Below are positions 36,688-50,100 of a stretch of 64,000 bases of DNA, in pieces. The DNA comes from Mytilus trossulus (lineage: Eukaryota): NCBI RefSeq assembly GCF_036588685.1, contig NC_086382.1:23994001-24058000 (forward strand). Reading direction: 5' to 3'. Within the stretch, counting starts at the first letter, position 1. Every line of letters begins with the position of its first letter. Made by a program: the position numbers and the translations under genes. Under the pieces are notes generated by a model. The model had not been told where the DNA came from, searched no databases, and saw only the letters and a list, made by a program, of their open reading frames with translations.

Positions 36688-39600
36688 ATTTAATATTCTG
36701 AATGTTCTATCAGTATTGTCTTTAACAGATGCATTTTATATGCAGTCACGTACTGTCAACAACCTTACGGGTATTAGAAAAATCAACGAAAGGGAAGTAA
36801 AAAAACAATAATAATGCATTGACTTGACATATCAACTAAACAAGGACTCGGCCCGAACGGGAAACAAGCTCGGCTATCTAGAAAACAAATTATTTCCCAT
36901 TGTTGTTATTGTGTTGTTGTTATTTATTTGATTTCAATTTTGAGGGAAATTCCTATTTTAAAAGGCCTCATATCTGGCGGAGAAATATACATCACAATGA
37001 ATATGATGAAATGTACATCACCTGTTATTAAAATCAATCGATGGTGAACGAATGCGTTTGAGTATGAAATAAAATATCAACAATAAGCATAACACATAAT
37101 GATTTATAGGTTTGAAAGAAAAATATTAACAAGTGAAATATGTGTTCCCAACAACTGTATATTTGACTCTTTGTCCTTTAATTTACTTATTTATGTTTGG
37201 CTAGCCGAGAGGGTAACATTACAAAAAAATCACCCGCTCAGCCATGTGATAGAGTAAATTAACATCCTCATATTAAACATGTTTATAGTTATTTAAGACA
37301 CAGGCATATTTTTTTCGTTTACCAGTTCATAAAGGTGTAGAGGACCTTAATTCTTTGTGTCAATTTCTAAATTATACTCTTCAATTCAATAGAATTTGTC
37401 CCACCACTAACTCATGTCCGATGCCAAAAACTAGTACATATTTAACATAAAATATTTCCAATGAATGAACAAAACTTTGGAAACATGCAGATTTTTAGGT
37501 AATTTGGATGGCAAATAAATGCTGAATCGCTGTTGATTATTGTAGAACACTTTTTATGGTGATTACTTTGAATCATAATAAAAGTGAACGGAGTTTATAA
37601 AAAAAAAGGTACGTTTGCCTTTTTTTTACACCAAAAGTACCTGTTTTGGTACACTTGAAACTCTAGCAACCAATTCCCTTGCATATGCACATTGAAATCT
37701 GTTGATTGTTCCAGTACAAGCCATCATGCGATGATACTTTGAAATACAAAGGTTGTCACGATTTTTTTAAAACTAAGCTGTGCCTGTTTTCAATATACTA
37801 CTTTAGGATAGAGAGCATTCAAGCCAAATATTAGTTGTGTATTTTCTTATGAGCACAGCCCTGTAAATACAGTCCATTTAACATAGAACCTGTCAAGTGG
37901 TTTGAGTGGATTTCACAAAAAGAACTTACGACATAGATTGGTCGTTAGTCATGAACAATTCAGTAACAGCAAATATGAAAAAAAGATATTATTACGTTTA
38001 AAAAAAAAACAATTCAGTATACTTACGATCAATCTTAATCATTAGTCGTTTAGTGACACTGACTCATGGTGCATACTTATATTCTGTAATTCGATATAAT
38101 GTCTGCAGCTGTTTATCAATGCAATTGTTTAAGTAGCAAATTAGTGCACTATTTCGACATATTAAATAGTATCTTGGGATGTGTGCCAAATAATTTTCTT
38201 TAGTTAAAAAATGTGTGATGATGACCTTATTGCATATACTATCGATTCCTTCGTGAAACTCCGCATAACGTTATAAGCACAACAATGTAGATGAAATCCA
38301 TGTTAGTATAACAGTCTGATAAATAAACTGGAATTTAAAAAAAAATGTGCATTCGTTTATTAATCCAACACTAACGATACTAATTATAGTAAACAAAGAT
38401 ATAAATAAACAAATTGAATATTAAAAACACACAGATTTATACGGTTTGTAATTCCTTAAGGTTTGTATTTTTACTTTTTTGTCATTTTCACCTTTCTTAT
38501 TACACTCATTTTGTTTCGATCTATGAGTTTGAATATCTCTGGTATCTTTCAAAGACATTTATTGCACATATATCTGTTGGGTACTGTTTGAGTGTTTTAG
38601 TCAAGAATTGTGTATTGGATCGTATACAACAATTTGACTGGCGTTTTGACAATTAGTCAAACGCCAGTCAGGTCTAAACGAAATAGCTTATTTACGACAT
38701 AATTAACAACCTCAAGACTGAGCTCACCTTTTTTAACCGTCATACGCCGAGCAGAGTTATTTTTTTTCCAACTCTAACAATAAGAATATTTAATCAATTT
38801 TCCTTCACCATGTGTTTTGTAGCATATATTTACAGTATTTTTTTACGTAAACCATGCCAGTTGTAAAAGAGGGACGAAAGATATCAGAGGAACAGCCAAC
38901 TCATAAATCGAAAATAAAATCACAACGCCTTTGCTAAAAAAAAAAGACAAACAGACAAAACAATAGTACACATGACACAACATAGAAACTAAAGAATAAA
39001 CAACACGAACCCCACCAAAAACTAGGGATGCTCTCAGGTGCTCCGTAAAGGTAAGCAGATCCTGCTCCACATGTGGCACCCGTCGTGTGTTTTATTTAAT
39101 ATTTGTGATTGTCAAACTTTAATTTCCATTATCCCTTACTATTTGTATGCTTTTTCAATAGCTTGGGTTCAAGGAATTACCAACAGCCCTGAAAAGCTCT
39201 ATATAAGTGAAATATTAGTCTTGTGAGGGCTTACTTGTCTTTCCCAAAAACAATATTTTCAAATATGGATATTGGTTTAAACTCAATTACTGACTGTTGT
39301 GTCGAAGAAAAGGTTGCGGATAAAGCTGCTCAACATAGGACTTTAAAGTCCTGTGTTAAGTATGTTGAAACATCAACCTTAATCGAAAAGAATTCAAAAC
39401 ATGCAATCTTTCTGAATAATTTACATCAATGTACATTCAATTATAACTTGTATTTCACAAAACTATTCTAAACACTAAATATATTTTTCGAGGAGCTCTG
39501 TCTGTTGTAGTGTTTGTAAGGGCGTGTTCGAATTTATTAAACCTGTTTCAATGTATGAACCGTGCTCGATCCAAAAGTTTGAACTATTCTAGACCAACAA

Positions 39601-41099
39601 TTGATTATTATCATTCAGTTAATCTCTTATTAAATAATATGATTTTGTGAGTCAGAAAATTTCACAATTATACAATACTTATTGTTTTTTATTTTCAATT
39701 TTATTCAAATTTTAATCAAGATTTACATTCATTACACGCATGCTGATGTTGAATACTACAATATACACAATTATGTTTAAAAAACAATAGAAAAAATACT
39801 ATACATGATAGTTCTACATAAATACAATAAATCTAAAACTCTTTTTTAATATTTGAAATTTTATAAACACAAATTAATGACTGTAAATACACATAATAAA
39901 ATGTTGAGAACCAGAAATAAAAACTATATTTATTTAAATCTTAATCTAAATGTTTTGGTCTAAAGATCCTACTTCTCAATTTTAGTCGGAAAACAAGAAC
40001 ACAGATTATAAATATAACGCGTTTTTTCTGTGTTTTATTAGGAACGCTCAAAGCAGAATATTTCAACATTTAGGGATAGATGAAACGGAAACAGAATCAA
40101 GTATTGATTTAAACATTGATCATATATTGTATGATAGCTAGATATGTGTTCCGGAACGTGAATTCAAAACAAGTCAGTCCATCTATTAAAAGCATTTTTA
40201 ATATATGAAAATAAAATTATAAAAAAATCCTTTTAGTCATCTTTACTTATTGTTTTTCAAGTTTAATAAAGTTCCATTAATTTTTGACAAAATAATTCCT
40301 AAAAATATTTAATGTGTTTAAAAACACATGCCGGAAAGACATACGAGTGGTAGATACGGAACTAATGATCATTTTAAAATCTACAGTACATGCTTAAAAC
40401 TCATACCATCTTATGAAAACAAACCTGCTTACATATCAGAGCAGTGAAAATGTGTCTTTCGTTTGTTAACAAATAATCATGTTAAGCTCACTTCAAACAG
40501 TATTTGTTAATGACAATAATGTATTCGAACGAGGTAATACAGCGGGAAGAAGTTCCAAGAAATTGTACAAAATGTTGTATGTTATATTTTTTTAATACAA
40601 TCTCCTATTGATAATTTCACAAAATTAACTGCATATTACAAGAAGATAACTATATTTGATGTTTTTATACAATTTTGATTGTTGCTGAAAAGTCTCCAAT
40701 GAGAAAATAATTTTGTTTTAACAACAACATATTGATAAGTAGGGTCTTTTACATATTATATTGGTCTCCGCAAAAGATAGTCAGATTCCTGACACAATAC
40801 CGGAAGCCGACTTCCTGGGCGAATAAACGTTGTAGGCACATTCAAAATAAAGTTAACGAACATGATTTACCTGGTATCCAGGTTAAGATAATAAGCGAAA
40901 ATAATAAACCCCAGCAAAATAAATTGAAGCAGTAAGGACCATACAAAAATACACATAAGCTGGCAGTCAGTTCAAATGTTTTCAAACATACAGCAGCTAG
41001 AGTCCACCACATTATATAGTTACAAGTTAAACAGTAAAATAAACAGTATATATAACTTTATGAAAATCTTCTACTTTGCAGACACAAAACAAAAACCTA

Positions 41100-41181
41100 T
41101 CAGCATGGTTCATCTGTAGTGTTTCCAACCATTCTATTATGGTCAGACTTTGCAGGCAAAACTTGTACTCGTCTTTTTCTT
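41100..41181 (-). CDS. Terminal exon: cytoplasmic tail
   Basis: ttcag|A, RKRRVQVLPAKSDHNRMVGNTTDEPC*; phase 2 matches the TM exon donor. Confidence 0.72.
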
Positions 41182-44100
41182 CTGAAATTGATAAATGAAA
41201 TAGTATAAAGAAGATTCAACGCAAACTGAATTAAATGTTGCATCTTTAAAATTCATATTTATCAAATTTTCTGCAATTTAACTGTCAGTTCCTGTGTGAA
41301 TAACAGAAAATTTGTACAATTTTTGATTTTTTTTAGCATTAATACATAGTTCTGATTTTATGACCAGTGTCATTTAACATTTTTCCTTCTTTGTTTTATT
41401 ACCTTTTCACTATTATTGATAAATGATTCCAAGAACTGTTCTCATCCTCTTTCAGAGTGTTGCAGTTCTTATATAAATGTACGTGTGCTTGTATGTAGTA
41501 AATTTAGACAAAGATTTTGCTTCAAAAAGATTAAACATGGGTTATACCAGTTTTTAATACAGACAATTTAATACGTTGCAGGGATTGTGGTATTTTTAAA
41601 TGTTGATTGTGATCCTTAATTAGGATTGTAAACTTTTTTGAAGCATCAACATTTTATAGAAATTTTCATTATCAAATCAAATAATGAACTCGTGCTAAAA
41701 CTATTTCATTACTCCAATTGCTTAATATAAGAAGTGATATGTGAATGACAATAAAACAAAATCAGCTGTTTACAAACTTATTCAGTGTGAAAATATTTCG
41801 TAAATTATCGCATAAGATTCAATTGGTTAAATACATGACCTAACTATTACCTTGGAAAAAAGACGACGAATAAACACACAGCAAATATAAACAGCAGTAG
41901 AAACGCAAGGGCACCAATAACAAACATCAAAATGTGGAAAGAGTCTTCTGTAAAATAAAATCTCAAATGATTATATCACCAATTTTGGCAAACGAATACA
42001 TTTGGTCATCACATAAACACTTAAAATGATATTATTGTGAAGATGTGCTATAAAAATAAATGATATGATATGGTTTTTTTTTTAAATTTATTTAAAAGAA
42101 AAAAAGCCGAAAAGTATAACAGTAAAGTTATACCGATCTCCGATTGCTGAATTAGCCCCTATAACCTTATATTCACTTGAGTGTATTTAAACTATAGAGA
42201 AATTTTTCTATCTTTCAGATCAAACTTTGGGGTTCATGTTGCTCAATATTTACTTCCCAGGTTTTGTGTACAATTCTTTTGACCGTTTTAGTTTTCTTTG
42301 CCAAGGTATTGTCAGGGTTTTTTTCACGCAGTAGTTCAATTATCCCTTTAGTATATTTCGTTATCTTCTATATATTTTTCCATTTAATTATTAACTGACA
42401 ACGCCATGGCTAAAAAGAATAAGACAAACAGACAAACGAAAGGAAAAAGCACTCAGAGAAAAGTAAAGATTGAGCAAAACGACCCCCCCACCTTTTTATA
42501 TGGTAATACGGCATATTAATAAAACCATGTAAGTACAAAATAAAACTTTAATGACACTGTAATGGCTGCCTTTACACTGAAATGATCTTGATGTGCAATG
42601 TATTTAGAAAAAAAGTGGCTCTTAAAAATAGCTCTTATTCTTTGAAAAATGAATTGAACTTACTAGAGTACTACAGATGTGAGTTTAATATTTACGACAA
42701 GTAAAAAATCTTTCTTTATAATAGTATGTCTGACATACTAAATTATAAACCTGGTACCTTTGAAAACAATTTTTTAGACAATATTTAACCTGATGATTGC
42801 TCTTGAGGTCTTGAAACAGCTGTGGTAATCTGTGCCTCTGGGATTTCCAATAAGCAATCGTTAGTGTCAGCCACACACTGCCCAGAACTGCATCTATGTA
42901 ATCCCTCGGGACATAGTTGTACAATCGTACCTTAGAAATAAACAAAATCGCATGTTTGCGATATTTTTTACTTCTTTCATGTGTTACTATTTATATTACA
43001 GATGTTTCATATTTCCGCTATTCTTCTTTTACTAACGAAAAAATCCGATAATAAATCGCATACGAAATAAAGTCCGATAACAGTACAATAGCATTTTTTT
43101 CATTTATCTTTCTGTCATAATTATCCTACCGTATCTAGATTGAATAACTTGTACATCCTTTACGTTCAATTCTAATTTCATTATGTTTCTTACAATGGGA
43201 AGGTGGAGAGGCTCAGGTGCTTTATTGATAAAGGGTATTCTTGATGGAAAAATACTAAAAGTAGGCCTATGGCTTATTATAATCATCCGAATAGAGGTAA
43301 TGTGTAGATTCTATAACTTAACCATTGAGCTAATTTTTTGAAAAGTATTTTTTAAGTATTACAATTTTAGATTGGCAATATTATGCAAATGTCTAGTCTA
43401 GTATATAACCTAAGACCTTCAAAGTTTTGCCTTTAAACAATCTTGTGGAAAGAACAATATATGACAGGCTTACATGATTGCATCATAGAAACATGAAGTA
43501 AGCTTTAAATAATTAGCCCTGCTTATTCCCATTTAACCACATTGTACTACTAAAATACCACCTCCTTGTTCTATGTATATCCAATAAGTCTGTTGTACCA
43601 TTCGAAATATATTTTTTCAATAGTTAAATATTTTTTGTCATGATTCGATACACTTACAATTTAATATTATGCCTTTGGAATTAGTCAAACTGTTTTGATG
43701 AAATTGTTTACAAATAGAGAAGTACATTTGTGTAGAAAATCTACTTCCTTCATATCATGATAACGAGTAATGTCTTCAAACATAACAAAAAAAAATATAG
43801 CGCAGTTAGTTTTGTTATATTACGTGTAATATACTTATATCTATATGATCTCTAACGAATGCTCACATTGCTTTAAAAAAAATGGTACTAATAAAAAAAA
43901 AAAAAAGGGTGTTGACTGGGAGAGAGAAAATGTTTTTATAAATTAGCAAAATCATTCATCTTGTAACTTAAAAACCAGCATCGCGTGACGAAAATATAGA
44001 AAATAACACTTTTGAAAGTACCTACATGAATAATCTTTTCTAAATAGCCAATAGTGTAAGGAGAAAGAGAAGGATTTTCAACCTAAAATTGAGTCAAATA

Positions 44101-47100
44101 ACTATATGTAAAAAAAAAACTATATTTAGTTTTCAATAGAAATAAAAAAAAAAGCATAGACATACAAAAATGTAATATAAGAGATTCCCATTCAACAGAT
44201 AATGAATGGGCGATTCTTTTAACACTAAGGTCGTCCACCAAATTCAGTTTTGGCATATTAACATTATTGACAATCTTCTTTTAATACCTATATGATAAAT
44301 CTAAACATAAGGTGCATGATTTGATAAATCTAAGCATCAGATGAAAACACATGTTTTAATTACTTTTGGTCACACTAAAAATCATTCAACTTTGTTACCG
44401 TGTGTAGACTTAAAAAATAAATAGAGACTACCTACCTCTTTACACTAAACCCACTAATGTCTACTCGAGTTACATTGAAAACAAGAACTTATTACTCATT
44501 TTAAATTTCCAGTCACAAAAATTTCATTCTCTTAAGTAATAAACTCTCTGCTCAATTGTATACGCAAGCAAGTGATGTGTTACGCTCGTGCATAATCATA
44601 CTTCTTACACAAACACTAATCCAAAACAGAAAGTTGAGGATCTACAAATTCCACACTTAAGGCGGTATGGGTGTCTTTCGCCATCTTGGATTGTAAAAAC
44701 AGAGAATCTAAGGTCCATATTTTCTATCAAGTTAGCAAAATTTGATGCAGGAATGCAATATTTAATGTGAATTTTCATTTAAAAGAACCAATTTATAAGA
44801 ATGTGACTTAGAAATATTAAATTTTTACAAGTGTAGATTATTTTTGGTTGTTTTTTGAATATTTTCAAATTGGCATTTTAAGGGGAGGTAACTCTAAAAC
44901 TGTGCATTTTCTGAAGGACTCTACATGAAATTTTCCTATTTTGTCTTTTAGCCGGAAAAAACATACGGTGACCCTATCTTTTCTTTTGATATTCTAAAAG
45001 CATTGTCTGAAAGCTATCTTTTTCTAATTTATTATACAATTCTATCATTTTGTTTATTTTCTATTCACAAAATGGTGCTTTTTCCTGTATAATCCATACA
45101 AAATTTGTCATTTTGTCACAACCTGTAGCTTGAGAAAATGCGCGGTGACCTATCATTTTTATAACATTTTTGAACATGTATCAATAGATACTACATTTTG
45201 ACAAAGTATGAACAAATTCTATCATTTTTATTTTAGACACCTATACCACCTTAAGTCAAACAGTCCCCTTCAATCAACTTACCAATACGATGCGTGTAAA
45301 TTTGATTTCTATCATGATATATTTATAGTTATTAAATCGTTTTTTGGCAGAAAAGTCGACTGATCTGTTATTGTAGCCAATTAATGATTGTGAAATGTTT
45401 CCCAACTGTAGAATTGACTTACAAATGATATATGCAACGTGTTAATACAACAGAGCTGGCTTCTCTATTTTATTTTATGCAATTCCAATAGGTCTTTTTT
45501 TTCATAAGGTATTTCATTTATTACCAGGGGGATTTCTAAGATGTTAATGTCGATAAACTATTGTTGGCTTTAATCAATACTTACTACAAAAAGGAATATC
45601 ACACATCTCTAACCGCATACTAGGGTCCATGGTATAACACCAGGGTGAAGGTTGGTCATCTTCAAAGTCTGGATGACGACAATAGTTGTGCGCATATCCA
45701 GGTGGTGGATTGAACCTATAATGCACATGAGGATCATTTGAATCCCACCTCTGACAGGGCCTGTTGTTGATAGTTATATTGACAGCTCCTCGATATTCCA
45801 TTCCTTGTGACGTCATTTTACAATCATCTTCTGCAAAAAAAAATTAATTTAGATTAAATGACAAGGTGGTAAAATTTACTAATATACTTTTCCTGATTAT
45901 GAATTGCTGAATGAAATTTCTACCAATCGTATGTTAATAGACCCGACGCCTTAATCGGAAATATAGTAAATTCAAAAGAATGTTTTGGTAGTATAAATAA
46001 TTTCTGAGACTACACTGATCTGGTTACCGGACAGTTTGCTTTTAAACTTTAAGTTTCATAAATATTTCATTTCCTTTGGACAAAAAACGACAGAACTTTT
46101 GAAAATGCTTAATTTCGAAATGCAATTAAAATCATAAAACGTTCATCTATCTTAATCTAATTAATATAAAAAGGAATCTAGAATTTTGCTAATAAATGAA
46201 TAGTTTCATACATGAAAATAGACACTTACGTATACTACAAGTATTATCATTTTCGTTGTAGTATTGGGTTGTTTCACAATCACATATACCAGCATTACAG
46301 ATGAGAGGAGTGATACAACTTCTAACTGATGTCGAACACAGGTCCTTGTGGGTTCCAACTGTAAGGAAAGTAATCAAGTATTATATTGTGATGTCTATTT
46401 TTCACTTATCTATATATTTCAATATTTTGTTCGAACAGATTATCAAATTTGAACCATCGTCAAAATATTAATATTACACCATCAATTCTCTTAATTAAAA
46501 TGAACAAAATAAAATTATATATTGATTTACAGCTTTCAAATTCACATTTCAACTTCGACGAGTGAATAGATTGAGCAACTCAAACTCTTCTAATTGTCAA
46601 GCGATTTGTATTTATACATAATGTACAAATAACACCTTGAATCGAAAATCAGTACTATCTTTCTTTGTCACCATCTGATGAAATTTTACTTTTTTTAAAG
46701 ATAAATTTGATAACCTTAACTCACAATGTAATGCTCGCTGGTAACTTTACCTTACTCATTTTGAAGTCTCCGATAATGCCTGCTCAAGTATAAAATTAGT
46801 AACAAAGGTACCAGGATTATAATTTAGTACGCCAGACGCGCGTTTCGTCTACATAAGACTCATTAGTGACGCCTATATCAAAATATTGATCAACCCAAAC
46901 AAGTACGAAGTTGAAGAGCATTGAGAATCCAAAATTTCAAAAAGTTGTGCCAAATACGGCTAAGGTAATCTATTACTGGTAATATAATTCGAGTTACGAA
47001 ATTAACGGGATTACAAAGCAGTTGTTTATAGGCGAAATAAATATCATAAAAGTCATACAGAAAATTAATGTATCAACAAATATATGTTCGATGTTAACAA

Positions 47101-50100
47101 GATTAAGTAAAAATATATTTCGTTTTTATAGACTAAAAATTATAAGTTTTCATACCGGCTTCCTCAACCATTTCAAAAAAAGTGACAGCTTCGAATTAGC
47201 ACAACAGTGGCATTAAAAACATATAAGTCAAATTGCATCATATGCATATTTCTGAAATAAATAGTGATCTTCAGCTAGAAATGTCATTTCAGATGATTAA
47301 GGAATTTTGTCATACTTTATTCTATCAATTTTGATAATAAACACCTACGTGGTTTACAGGTACTAAAATCTTCGTTGTAGTAATGCGTTGTTGCACATCC
47401 ACATAAACCAGAAACACAAATAAAGGGAGAGTAACAACTGTTTACTGATGTCGAACAAGTTTCATTGTATCTTCCAACTGAAAAGAAAAAAAGCAATCGT
47501 GAGTTATATGTGTTATAATGCATTTAGCTTTCGAGAATTTACAAATGTTTTTAATTAGATTAAAAAAAAATCACCATAACAAATATTGACAATCCAACAA
47601 AAAAATCACAAACCAGATTCGTTATAAGCCAAACAATAACATATGAACAACAAAACACAAGCATTAGTTCACTTTCAGATTTAATTGATAAAACTCCTTG
47701 TCCTTAATTGATAACACCTTCTACAGATTTTTTTCATAATGAACATTATTCCGACAGGAATGGATAATTGTCACTAATTTTTTTTTCAGCTAAACAATGA
47801 ATATATTCTTTCAACTTTAAAACATATACTTACGTGCGTTGCAGGTATTGTGCTCTTCATTGTAGAAAAGATTGGTTTCACATTCACATACACCAGAATT
47901 GCAAATAAGGGGAGAGTTACAACTGCTAACTGCTGTCGAACAAGAATCTTTGTATCTTCCAACTGTAAAATAAAACCAATCATAATTTAGTTGTTGAATT
48001 TTGCATTTACCATGTTCAGTTTTAGAGAAGTTTAATTCTTTGTCAATTAGATTAGAAAACATCCACTATTGCCATAACTTATAGAATCGCAAAAGTTCAC
48101 ATTAATTTTACAACAGCAAAAAAACAACATCATCAGTAATTTGTTATTTTTTAAATAAGAATATTGTTCGATAATAACAATCACCTACGTGTGTTACAGG
48201 TATTAGAATCTGCGTTGTAGTAATGCGTTGTATCACATTCACATAAACCAGAAGCACAAACAAATGGAGAGTAACAACTGCTAACTGCTGTCGAACAATG
48301 CTCTCTGTATCTTCCAACTGAAAGAGAAAGCAAGCATAATGGAATTGTGTGATTTGACATTAATGTTTGTACAGTTAACAAAAAGTACAATCACAAACAT
48401 ACTGAACTCAGAGGAAAATCAATTTGGAAAGTCCATAATCACATGGCAAAGTCAAAAAACAAAACCCATCAAAAACGAATGGACAAGAACTGTAATATTC
48501 CTGACTTGGTACAGGCATTTTCAAATGTAGAAAATGGTGGATAAATCCTGGTTCTATAGCGCTAACCCTCTCACTTTAATAACAGTCTCATCAAATTCCG
48601 TTATATTTACATGATGCGTTAAATAAACAGTCACAATTAATAAAATATTTCGTTCGAAGTAAGATTAGATGGCTTTCGCAATTTTACGAATTGATAATAT
48701 GAAATCAATCACTCTTTCAAAATGAATTGAAGGACCAAGATTATCCTAATATTGATTTAAGCCTTGTGTCACTTCATATCGTGTAGAAAAAAAGCATGTC
48801 ATGCCTGACTTGTATGTAAGATCTAATGAGTTGTTTTACTACCATAATACATAAAAGATATTTAAGCTATGTGCCAGTAGTGATTTTTTTTGTTTTTTGG
48901 CTTTTAAGATTAACAGATATAGGTTGTTCTTTAAAGATTCAAACTAAAAGAAACACGGTTTGCATTGCTGTTTTCTTAAAATGTAAATAGAAACATACGT
49001 CGAGATTAAAAACCCGACTTTGCAAATATCGACTTAACAAGTATACAGTCACGTAATCCTAGAAAGTAGCCGTTACACATTTTAAAAACAGGTATATCTT
49101 ACTACGTAGTAGTTTCGATTGGTTGACCAAATAGAAAGTCTATTTGTTAAAAGGAAAAGTGTGATAAAATTTGTGTAGGGGTATATGCATTATACCTTGA
49201 CTCCTGTAGTTGGATCCTACAACACTTATTTAACTTATCTCATTAATACATTTTAATATAAACGAAGCCTTAATAATTCAAAACATGTTAATTAAACAAG
49301 AATGTGTCCATAGTACACGGATGCCCCACTCGCACTATCATTTTCTATGATTACTGGACCGTGAAATTGGAATAAATTCTCTAATTTGGCATTAAAATAA
49401 AAATGATCTTATCAAAGGGAACATGTATACTAAGTTTCAAGTTGATTGGAATTCAACTTCATCAAAAACTACCTTGACCAAAAACTTTAACCTGAAGTGT
49501 AACAGACGGACAAACGAACAGACGGACGGACGAACGGACGAACAGACCAGAAAACATAATGCCCCACCTACGATATCTTAAAGTAGGATTAATAAAACTA
49601 GATAGCTCAGAAGCAAGAGTCTGTATTATCAATTGATCAACACATTCTCGGTCGCTCTAAATATGACAAATAACAGTAATATTATAGTTCATAAATTATA
49701 TTATTTTTTCTTTTTTTCCTGTAAGATTTTAAGCGTTTTCAATAAGTTCTATAATGTCTGAAAATTTAAGTTTGGGGACAGAAAATAGAGATTACAATAT
49801 GGGCATTGATTAAATATTAACAGAACACGGCTGTGCAACAAACATTTCCAATCTAAGTATTTTTCAGTTAAGCTGTTTCCTTTTTTTTTTCTAAGAGGTA
49901 GATATTAAAATCATATAAAGCCTGAATCTGTTCTCTGATTTTTTTTGTCGGGTTTTTGTCTCTTTGACTCATTCCAAATTTGCATTCTCAATTTTAGGTA
50001 AAATATGAAATACAACTTGAAACTGAGTTCAAAATGAAAGAGGAAAAATCAAATAATCCTTTTTTTTATTGAAACCCTTATTTTGTTAACATTATCAGCC

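Noticed and set aside
37641-37736. Open phase 0-0 exon candidate (YHRMMACTG...PKQ)
   Set aside because: Phase incompatible with the phase-1 neighbours and no recognisable domain
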